Assembly: GCA_964016885.1 (NCBI GenBank)
Contig: OZ024742.1
Coordinates: forward strand, 319,300,001 to 319,364,000
Length of the DNA stretch: 64,000 nucleotides
Source of the DNA: Eledone cirrhosa
Lineage: Eukaryota
Direction: 5' to 3'
The notes below the pieces were generated by a model, which saw nothing but the letters and a program-made list of their open reading frames with translations, had not been told where the DNA came from and did not search any database. Below, piece after piece: positions 25,515 to 37,600 of this stretch (its first letter is position 1; each line of letters starts with the position of its first letter). Position numbers and translations under genes: made by a program.

Positions 25515-25520
25515 TTTATT
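25515..25520 (-). terminator. Putative polyadenylation signal of PPIE
   Basis: AATAAA on the minus strand about 80 nt after the stop. Confidence 0.6.
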
Positions 25521-25601
25521 TACAAAATGAACTGATTGAAAATCATAACAGCCAAAGTGTTCACTCATTCATTTCATTCCAAACTGGTTTCTGGACAGAT
25601 T

Positions 25602-25673
25602 TCATAAACAGAGTTCTCCACAATTTGCTATTGTCACTTTTTCAGAAACTTTCCCAGACTTTGAACCAAAGCT
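25602..25673 (-). CDS. PPIE: PPIE exon 12 (last)
   Basis: [26 protein letters not shown]; acceptor gtcttttag. Confidence 0.93.
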   Translation of the reverse strand, partial: SFGSKSGKVSEKVTIANCGELCL

Positions 25674-28600
25674 CTAAAAGACAAGCAGAATTGTTATTAA
25701 ATAAACGTTTAATTATTGTCATACATTTTGATAGCAGAATAACCTTTTGAACTATTCAGTCAATGTCACTACATATGTTTGGTTTCTCATGATAACCTCA
25801 CATCATTATCATTTAACGTTAGTTTTCCCTGCTAGCAAGTGTTGGTTGCTAAATCTACATAGCTGAAGTAAGACCCATATTGAAATACTGCTTAGATATA
25901 TGAGGCAGTGTTGCTGCTACACACAGAGACTGCAAATAAAAGGCTACCCAAGTGAATGGCAATGAGTTATTCAGCTCATAAGTGTCCAGTTTCTTCCTGT
26001 TTCTTCTAATGCTACTACAATAGACTACACTGTTCTCAACTAGCTAGCTACATACCCTCTCATATTTCTTCCTACTCCTGTTACTTCCAAACATTTGCCC
26101 AGTCCTTACACCCTATAACTGCAACCTAATGGAATTCCCTAACCATCCATGCTTATCATAGAAATATTCAAGGTGAACATAAACCATATCATTTCACTTG
26201 TGTAAGAGGGTCTACAATAGGAACTGCCTTGCTTGTAGTGTAACTTGTATTAGTTATTGGAATTTTTTAAAATCCCTGAGGAGTATTGATTGACCACAGT
26301 TCATGTTCATCATCATCACCGTTTTACGTCCATTCTTCCATGCTAGCATGGGTTAGACGGGTTGTCTTATTGTGGGCAGTGAGCTTGTCTTGCTCATACT
26401 GGAACTGATTTGGGCTTGATTTCTTCAGCTGGATGCCCTTCCTAACACCAACCTCATTTACAGTGTGGGCTGGGTGCTTTTTTTTGTTGTGGCACCTCCA
26501 TGAGCACTTTACAGTGTGCGCTGGGTGCTTTTTTGTTGTGGCACCTCCATGAGCACTTTACAGTGTGCGCTGGGTACTTTTTTGTCGTGGCACCTCCACG
26601 AGTACTCTACAGTGTGGGCTGGGTGCTTTTTTGTCATGGCACCTCCACGAGCACTTTGCAGTGGCTCATAGTTAAAGAAATTCTAATTTTGATCTATGAG
26701 ATTATTTTAAAATTAAAGTTCTCGATTTTATCAATTACTAGCAGTGGTACCCGGCGTTGCACAGGATAAGGTATTTTGGAACGCGGGCCGCCAACAGACC
26801 TAATCGTAGAAAAACTGCATGCCTGGACAATATGTAAAGAAAATAAACCGAATACTCTGATGGCTGGATAATCTTTAGGATTTTCCTCAATGAAGCAGGA
26901 AAAATGCAGGTTTTCACCTAATGCGGGCCCTAGGGGATCAAGAAGATGAATTTTTTTTTACGTGTATAATATGCCTTGAAATTTCGGGAAAATCAGTTAG
27001 ACGTAATGCCTTAAAAAGACCTAAAAAGCTGAAAAAATGAAGTTTTTCACCTAATGCGGGCCCTAGGCCATAAAAAAGTTGGATTTTCTTTGCTCACGGT
27101 ATGAAGAAGAGACTGACTAATACATAGTTACAATTTCAAGGAAATCAGTGTGACGTAACGCCTCAAAAAACCCCTAAAAAGCTGAAAAAACGTAGTTTTT
27201 GACCTAATGCGGGCCCTAGGGCATCAAAAAGTTGAATTTTATGTGCATAACACTCCCTGAAACATAAGTAATACACATGTAAAGTTTGAAAAAAATTGGT
27301 TGGGTACTTCTCAAGTTTTAGGATTCAAACTCACACACACATACACACAGACATCCTCAGTTTTATATATATAGATAACAATATTTGGATTAGTTTAAAA
27401 CCTTGAAAAAATTAACATGGTAGATACAGTCGCTAAAATCTAGATAACACCAAAACCATATCAAAAATATATACATGCCAGGTGATGCTATTAAGTTAGA
27501 CATGGCCTGGGCCAATACCGGCTGAAACCTATTGAAGTTTTTACTTTTTTTTTTATTACTACTAAGCCATAAAGCTGTGATATATATATATATACTAGCT
27601 GGCCCGTCCGGCTACCATTGGCGTGTTCTACGGCATCTAGATATATATGTATTGCTGATGTACCTAGCTTCGCTTGGATAAACAGACGATAAGCCGTCTG
27701 TGTTGTATAGTATGAATGTTGAAAACAGTATAAATTATTGTTGAAAATGTATAGTATAGTATTACTGTTGAAAATATATAGTACAGTATTACTGTTAAAA
27801 ATATATAGTACAGTATTACTGTTGAAAATATATAGTACGGTATTACTGTTGAAAATATATAGTACGGTATTACTGTTGAAAATATATAGTACGGTATTAC
27901 TGTTGAAAATATATAGTACGGTATTACTGTTGAAAATATATAGTACGGTATTACTGTTGAAAATATATAGTACGGTATTACTGTTGAAAATATATAGTAC
28001 GGTATTACTGTTGAAAATATATAGTACAGTATTACTGTTGAAAATATATAGTACAGTATTACTGTTGAAAATATATAGTACGGTATTACTGTTGAAAATA
28101 TATAGTATGGTATTACTGTTGAAAATATATAGTACGGTATTACTGTTGAAAATATATAGTACAGTATTACTGTTGAAAATATATAGTACAGTATTACTGT
28201 TGAAAATATATAGTACGGTATTACTGTTGAAAATATATAGTACGGTATTACTGTTGAAAATATATAGTACAGTATTACTGTTGAAAATATATAGTACGGT
28301 ATTACTGTTGAAAATATATAGTACGGTATTACTGTTGAAAATATATAGTACAGTATTACTGTTGAAAATATATAGTACAGTATTACTGTTGAAAATATAT
28401 AGTACGGTATTACTGTTGAAAATATATAGTACGGTATTACTGTTGAAAATATATAGTACAGTATTACTGTTGAAAATATATAGTACGGTATTACTGTTGA
28501 AAATATATAGTACGGTATTACTGTTGAAAATATATAGTACGGTATTACTGTTGAAAATATGTAGTACGGTATTACTGTTGAAAATATATAGTACAGTATT

Positions 28601-31600
28601 ACTGTTGAAAATATATAGTACGGTATTACTGTTGAAAATATATAGTACAGTATTACTGTTGAAAATATGTACACGAATATATATTTATATATATATATAT
28701 AATTAATGAAAAGTTGATTAGAAGTGAAGTCAATGCAGACATACAGACAGATATTATAAGCGCGCAACATTATAGCTATGTATCTATCTAAAAAGACAAA
28801 GTAAGAAAGAGAGAGGAATGTTGTATTATATATATTATATATAATAAAGTACCAGTAATGTAGTCATCTTTATTAATATAGATAGAGATTGACAATATAC
28901 ACAGAAATTTAATCCATGAAACATTTTTAAAAAAAGATGATATTATATATAAACTGCAAAACATATGAATGTTTATTTAAACGATCGCTAACCGGAAGTG
29001 TTGACATTTGAAAATGTTGTCTTTAGATAAATAATAAAATATCTTTAATCAATAATAACGAAATTTGGTAGACAAGAATGCCCTCACTTTCTTACTTGGA
29101 AAAAGTAACATCTATGGTGCAAATTTGATGTTGTTTGGTCCAGCCGTTTTGCCAAAAGTTTCTTACATACATACAGCTATCAGCTTTATTAATATATATA
29201 TATATTTTTTGAAAATAATATATGTATCCAGCAGTTCATTATCCAATGTGTCCTTGTTTTAAGACTGTAGGATAGGATTTGACTGCTAACTTTAGTATGT
29301 TGAAAGTAAATGTACATTGGTGACAAAATATTAAATCAGCAGTGACCTTAAGCACCATGGTATATACAAATAAACTTCATACTTAAGGTTCAAAACACCA
29401 GTTATCCCTACAAAAATGTACTTTTAAGTAAGTATAAATCCTGTTAATGAGACACAACCTCACTAGTGTTGGTGATCTACATGATAAACGCATCCAAGTA
29501 CACACTGTAAAGTGGTTGGTTTTAGGAAGGACATCCAGCCATAGAAAGTTTGCCAAAGGATTGGGAGGACCCTTTAGTTGTGTCGAGGATATGACAGCCT
29601 CCCTAGTGCTGGTGATCTACACAATAAAAGCACCCAGTACATGCTGTAAAATGGTTGGTTTTAGGAAAGGCATCCAGCTGTAGAAAGCTTGCCAAGCAAG
29701 GGACCCAAGTTAGGAGGACCCTTCAGTTTGTGCCAAAATGACAACTTCTCTGCACTCAATATGTAAGTGGGATACAGACCTACTCGGCCTGTCTGGGAGG
29801 ACAGTAATGTTGCTTCAGTACTGACTTGGTCTATGTAGACCCGTCCAACCCTTGCTAGCAGGGAAAGTTAAAGATGTTAAATGATGATGATTGGGATATT
29901 TTTTCGTTTTATTTAAATAAATGCCCAATAATCATCTTATTGTATGATATGGTTCTTCCTTTTGTTTAAATATCAGAAATTTATAGGTGTATAAATAATC
30001 ATGGTTAGAATGTCTAAGGAAGAAATCACAAGACAGATTTTCTGAATGAAACCAGCAGGTAGGAGACCTCGAGGTAAACTATGAGCAAGATAGCTGCTTC
30101 TGATAGGATTCTATGGAAGATGTGATTAACGATCCTGACCCCACAACCCTCTCAGGAGGAGGATGAAGATAATCAAAACTAAATACAACCAGAAAATACC
30201 AATTTACCTCCATTCTTTGAAGGACATCCATTCCTTCAATGACTTTACCAAATACTACGTGTTTATTGTCCAACCTAGAGAAAAAAAATAAGATTTAAAA
30301 AACCATTTATAAAATTCAGTGAAAATCTATTTTAGAATATTTTAAAAGCAATTTGAAAATTCTTTCTGAAAATTCAGAAAAGTAAGCGGACAAACAATAA
30401 CAAAATGATACAGTTCAATGAAGATATATATTAGTTTAATGCTTGATATAGTAAGTAGGAAAAAAGCCTTAACGTTTCAGACGTTAGTCCTTCATCAGAA
30501 AATAGAATGAAAAATAAAAGAAATAGAAAGATAGAAGAGAGAATACATGTGTTCAGTTAACCAATTTGGCAGCTGGATTTATGGTGTGATGATAAAAGTA
30601 CTTATCATATTTGGTTGTTCTGAGTTCAACACTCATTAAGTTTGGAGAAGAGTAAGGAATTAAACACAAACATTATTGTCTATAACAGATAATATTAACC
30701 CTTTAGCATTTACATTACTCTATATTTACTATTATATTTTCAAGGTAAACACTTTACCTTACATAATTATCTCACATAATACTGAATCTATCAGATTTTG
30801 ATATTATTTATTTTGAAAACAATACCTTAACATCAGTATCAACAGCTGGTTACAGCTGGTTTGAACAGAAAGAAGTGAGAGAATTCTGGCATGATACAGC
30901 TAGTTTAAATGGTAAGAGTTAACTTTGTCTTTAAAACTTTGGAGAAGATGAAGGAATTAAATAAATAGCAGACCTTAAGTACTAGTGTTAATTAATTCAA
31001 TTATATCCCTCCTCTAATTTTGTGGCTAGATATTATTTACCTACAATTAAGTGGTTTTGATGTGGATGATGCTTTGTCTGTCAATTGTGAAAAGGTTAAA
31101 TTCAAATCTCACATAACACAAACATTACTGTCTATAACAGATATTATTAACCCTTTAGCATTTACATTAATCTATATTTACTATTATATTTTCACAGTAA
31201 AAGCTTTATCTTACATAATTATCTCACATAATATCGAATCTACAAGATTTTGATGTTATTTTTTTTAGAACAATACCTTAATGCAGGTATGAACAGCCAG
31301 TTACAGCTGGTTTAAACAGAATGAGGTGAGAGAGTTCTGGTCGGATACAGCCAGTTCAAATGCTAAAGGGTTAAAGACTGTTTTAGATCAACTAAACAGC
31401 AGACATCAAATATATAAGTGCATTTCTTTACATAAGTAACTACAGGGATATTACCATAATAGTTTGCATACTAAATTTCATTTGTAGAATAGTTACATAC
31501 CAATCAGTTTTCTCTGTACATAAGAAAAACTGTGAGCCATTTGTATTCGGTCCACTGTTAGCCATTGATAATATACCTGCAAAGGAGATGTATCCAAAAA

Positions 31601-34600
31601 TTTAACAGGAATTCTGAAGCTTATATACATCACTTGCATAGTTCAATTCTTTTTTAATTACAAGAAAGGAATTTAAAGTAACATTTTAATGTATTAATTA
31701 CTCATGGAGAAATGTTAATAAAATGTTAACAAATTTCAGTTAATTTCCATCATTTTGATATTGTTCCCATGATTCCAAGAGGAATGCTCGTAAAACCATA
31801 TTCAGTATTTCTTGGTTGATAAATATGAAGGAACATCTACATTTATTCTTATTTTATTTCCAAGAATGTAGCTAGCTAAATTAATAACCATTTAGACAAA
31901 AAGGCCTATGATGTTTGTATCCCAACCTGTGTTGCGTTCTTGGGAAAAACGTTTCACTTTCGCTGGCTTGAAAGGGTTGAGAAGACACCTCCCTAGTATT
32001 GGTGCCACAATAAAATTCACCCAGTACACTCTGTAAAGTGGTTGGTGTTAGGAAAGGCTTCCAGCTGTAGAAACAACACGTAAACCAGAATTTAAGTAAG
32101 CAAGGTGTTAGCTCTAGGCCCATCTATGAGAGGGTAGTTACTCTGATTAAGGACTGGCTTAGTCCATGATGACCCATCCAACCTATACAAGCATGGAAAA
32201 ATGGACCTTAAATGATGAAGACTTGTCCACCACACTGTGTGAATGAGTGAGAATATGATTATGGTACTTGAATAGGAATATTTCATTATCTTGCAATGCT
32301 GGGCTCTAAAACTGAACTAAATGATCACTGTACTGTTTCAATTCTGTTTACTGATTGCCAGATTCAAATCAGAAGATATTCTTTAATCCTTTTATTACCA
32401 TATTTCTAATAAAAGACATTGCCTATGATTTCCAAAGAATTTTGAAAATAATTAAGAATTTCAGGGGATTTAATAATATAACTAACTTTTCTCATTATTA
32501 AAAAAAGGTTCTTAGATAAAATTATGATGGGAGATTTTTAGATAATTATAAATCCATTAAAACAATATCATAGAACAATGGGCATCATGTGATTTGGTAT
32601 CAAAAGGGTTAAAGTTCATTAAAATAGGTGACTAAATTGAAACTAGTATTACTAGAGGTATGTGTTCAGATCCTGCAATGGTCGACTTAACCGTTCATCC
32701 TTCCAGAATCAATAAAACAAGTACTGGGAGTTATCTAATCAACTATACTTTCAAACCCAAATCTGTGATCTTGTGTCAATATTAGAATCGTCATTATTAT
32801 TATTTTTATCATTTCCTTTCAGAGAACTCTGCAGCCTGTGCAAGTGCTTCTCTCCAATTCACATTAATTAGATGAGTCAATCTCCTTTGAAAGTATGTCA
32901 GTCAATCACAGGGTCAACTTTTCTACAAAGAAGAAATGAATTGAACACAGAAGTGAAAACCAATGAATCCTTACAGAATTAAACTCCTTTGTTCAAATGG
33001 CTTAGTTTGGAAGAGAAAAAGTAGCACCTGTGACCCTTTCCAGACACCCTGTGATACCTGATCAGAATGCCTGCATGAGAATGGACTTTGCTAAAGGCAC
33101 CCAAGGGTCAAGTAGTAGTCTTAAACCGAGTGACAAAAGCTAAATAGATGTTTTGAGTTGTGTTAGCCACAGCCACATCACATTGCCAATAATAGAATAC
33201 ATGAACCACCAACCTCTTGGTAAGTTATCCAGCACCTCCATTAATTCAGCCATCTATTTTCTCCGTTGGTACAGTCAAATATTTTTCATAGTTCTCCTAT
33301 GTAAAATTTCCCTTATAATATGAAAACACAAACTGGAGGAGGAGGAGGAGGAAATGAAAATGGAACACTATTTACTTACCAGGTCCTGTATGTTTTAAAA
33401 CAAAATTCTCATCATCAAATTTATTTCCATAAATTGATTTTCCTCCTGTTCCATTATGCCTTGTAAAGTCACCCCCTTGACACATCTACTTCAGAGTTAA
33501 GGATATAAATATGTTGCAGCAATACAAATCCTTAATATCATTTAAAGCATTTACAAATAAAAACAAGTTTACAAATAATTTTCATTTTCCATGGTGGTAT
33601 GAAAAAAACATTTTAAAATATAATTTTTTAAAGATTAATTCCTATCTAAACAAATCCGTATAATATAGCATAAATAGAGATACCAGCTCTATAGGCTATT
33701 TTAATAGTGATAAAGAGACAAATGAAGATGATAGATATTACTAAATGATAAAAGGAATCCAGAATCTTGCTGTTCCATCTTCCAAGTAATTTTAAATAAC
33801 TTTACACATTTGATGTCTGACATTGTGATCCCCTACATTATAATGCCACATGTGGCATTATAATGTAGTGCTATCCTCCTTAAGATATTGTCATCATCAT
33901 TACCATTTTACGTCCATTCTTCCATGGTAGCATGGGTTAGACAGGTTATCCTGTTGTGGGCAATGCTAGGTTGGGTGACCATGTCTTGCCCATATGGGAA
34001 CTGATTTTGACTTGATTTCTACAGCTGGATGCCCTTACTAACACCAACCTCATTTACAGTGAGTACTGGGTGCTTTTTTACCGTGGCGCCTACACAACCA
34101 CTTTACAGTGTGGGCTGGGTGCTTTTTTCTCATGACACCTCCACAACCACTTTGAGTGGGAGGGAGTAGGGGCATATTGTCTCCAAGGAAAAAGAATGCT
34201 ATAGTGAATCATCATTAAGCAATGTATTACTGTATTCTAGTTAAAATAAGTAGAATAATAAACTTTACCCAAATACAAAAATAGACACATCTCTCCTCTA
34301 AGTTTAATTATTGTAAAAAATATATTGGTTGTTTGACTCATCAATTTGTATTTGATATCTCATCACAGCTGTTGATTCACTTTGTTTTAAATTTAAAGGA
34401 AAATTATAAATATTATTTAGTGGGGAGGATTTAAAATAAAATCTAAGCCTCCCATTTATCACATTATATAATATAGATAGACAGTGTTGATAAGTAGAAG
34501 AAAGGACAATACTCTGATTCCCTCAGGGAAATGGTCATGTTCGATATGTAGAAAAGGAACTGGCATAAATTCCATAAAATGTATGCAATGCAGATCTTGG

Positions 34601-37600
34601 GTACACAAGAGATGTAGTGGGATAGCAGGCAAACTAACAGATAGGGAAAACTACGTATGCAGTAGATGTACAGGGAAAGTTGGTAGTAGTAATCGCAGGT
34701 GCATTCTATAGAAGTGGTTGATAGCTTCCGGTACCTAGGTGATCAGATTAGCACGGGAAGGGGGTGTCCCGAGGCCATAGTATCTAGAATAAGGAAGAAG
34801 TTTATTCTGTTGACAAAGAAGGGTTTCTCCCTGCGTACGAAAGGATGGTTATATGATGCCTGTGTGAGATGCGCAATGCTGCATGGTAGTGGGACATGGG
34901 CAGCAACTGCAGAGGATATGCGACGGCTGAGAGAAATGAAGCAAGCATGCTCCGTTGGATGTGCAATGTCAATGTGCGTGAACAACCAAGCATGGATGAG
35001 TTGAGAGGGAAACTAGGTATAAGAGGGATAAGTTGTGGTGTGCAGGAAAGAAGACTGAGATGGTATGGACATGTGATGCGCATGGAGGATGACCGCTGGG
35101 TGAAGAGGTGCCAGGAAATCCCAGTAGAAGGAAGACGCAGTAGAGGAAGACCACGAAAAACATGGGCGGAGGTGGTGAGAGCAGACCTCAGATCGCTGAA
35201 ACTCACGGAGGAGATGACGAACGACGGTGACAAGTGGAGAGATGCTGTGCTGAATAGGACCCGTCCCACCCTTGCAAGCAGGGAAAAGCGGACGTAAAAT
35301 GATGATGATGATAATTCTCAAAAAAAAAATCGATATTTCTATATAAAGTTTCAAAAGTAGAGTTCATTTTGAAACTAAATTCCTTACCTACTGCTAATCA
35401 AAAAACCAAAATACAGATGGATTCTATTTCCAGTTATAAAAAATGTTTTTCAATGACTCATTAATAGTTTTAAGGAACAAACTGGAAGATTTTATTTGAA
35501 AGGATACAAACTGAGGAATGATTCGATGGATTGTACTGTCTTTATAACCAAAGCCTTTCTCATGTGTACAAAGATAACGAAAGTTTTCTGCAAAGAAATT
35601 TAAGATTTTCATTATCATTATAATTACAATCATCTTTAACACTTATTTCCATACTGGCACAGGTTGAACAAGTTTTCAATTAAGCATTCTTTTATTATTT
35701 TACTGGTTTCAGTCATTGGGCTGTAGCCTTACATGAGCACCGTTTTCAAGAGTTTTAAGAGTTGTTGTATGTTAGATAACATACTAAATATATTAGATAA
35801 CATATTATACATACACAGATAGGGCTGTAGTTAAGAAGTTTAGTTTACAACCACATGGTTTGGGGTTCAATCCCACTGCATGTTTTCTACTTTAGCTTCA
35901 AACTGTGTCAGTGAATTTCATAAACGGAAACTCCAAAGAAGAGTGTCATATGTGCATGTGTTTGTGTATGTATATGTATCTTCATATCAACACTATTTAA
36001 AGCAAGCAGTGACATTTGTTTAGGCCCCACAAAAACAATATATCCTGGTCAAAGATGTACCATAAAGCATTACTTCCATAAAAGGAAGTATTGCTTAGTA
36101 TCAGAAAAGGCATACAACCATCAAAAAGGTCTTATCCAATCCATGCCAGCTTGGAAAAGTGGAAGTAAAATAGCAGCTGATGATGAACGTAATAAAATGG
36201 CATTTGTTCATGCAACTAACACATTACACATTTTCCTCCTAGAATAAAGATAGAAGAATCTAATCAGCTTCCTTCCACTGTGAATATGAAGTTACATGCT
36301 GAAGGTAACTACGAAATCATGACATAATAAGGATACAAAAGAACGTGATAGAATATAATTTTGCTATATAGCATTAAAAGAACCAAACTTTAAATGCAAA
36401 ATTCTGCAAGGACTTAACCCTTCCACTACCATATTTCAAAGATATTTCAATTTATGAATGGAGAATTTGGAGGGTTACTAAAATCCACACCGTCTGGGCT
36501 TGTATCATTTGGGTAGCGATGGTATTAAGATAGTATTTAAGATAATATTTGTAATGTAACTTAATGAGTTCTTTTATATCAAGGTTTTAATTTAAATAGG
36601 AACCTATTAAGGGGGGGGGGCATAGAATTAGAGCAAGTTTTAGCCTTTTTTAGGGTTAAGAAACTGTAGTTATCTTCTGATTGAACTCCTTCTATATCTA
36701 TCTATATATTTATTACAAATCCATGACAGCTGTTTATCCAGATCCCATCAGGCTACTATTTCCCTCCAGCTTAAATATTTCCATGTAATCGCAGAGATAT
36801 GGCTAGAAATTATCACTTCTTAGTCAGAAATAAAACTTATTCCTACAGATCAGGAAAAAATATTAAGAGGAAGAAAAAGCTAAGAGAAAGTGAGGGAGTA
36901 AAAGAGCATGTTTATTGACATAGAATGACAAAAATGTGTGTTACCTGCAGTTTTGGGGACTATATCACTTCGGAGTTCCATCACTATCCGACCAATATTT
37001 CTGGTGCCAATCCGGATGTCAAAGTAGACTTGTGGATTTACTTTGGCTTTTTTCTTCACTGGTGGTTCATCAGTCTAAAAGACAGAGTTTTGCTTTAATT
37101 AAAAATCAATGGAAATTTCCAACAACAAACATGGGAGAAAAATAGAGCTGTTTCTGTTTTTTAAGAAATACACTTGGAGATATTGTCATAATCTTCATCA
37201 TTTAACCCCCCTCTCAGCTAGCAAGGGTTGGATGGGTCATTACAGACCAAATCAGTACTTAAGCAGAGCTACTGACCACTCACATAGACTGGGAGCCCAC
37301 TTAACACTTGCATACATTCCCGCACTCTACCAAGTTCTCAGATGGGAGCTCACATCACACTTCCTGCACTTAATCAAGTGCTTAGATGGGCTGGGAGCTC
37401 ATATCATGCTTACATACGTTATGGCACTCTACCAACAGCTGAGCTGGGAGCTTGCATCATACTTGCATATGTTCCCGCATTCTACCAAGTGCTCAGATGA
37501 GCTGAGAGCTTGCATCAAGCTTACATATATCCCTACACTCTATCAAGTGCATTTTATCATGGTACTAGCACTAAGGAGATTGTCATGTCCCTATGTTTAG

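Noticed and set aside
26460-26662. CRISPR-like appearance of hairpin repeat arrays (also 39228-39535, 17860-18420)
   Set aside because: No unique spacers, no cas genes, eukaryotic context; the units are SINE or MITE modules
27664-28770. 322-aa and 368-aa repeat ORFs on both strands
   Set aside because: Translations of a 27-bp minisatellite within a Helitron in a PPIE intron
32820-33280. Possible coding relics (also 20350-20750, 53460-53760, 61620-62040)
   Set aside because: Only faint LINE endonuclease/RT-like traces; too decayed to classify by eye
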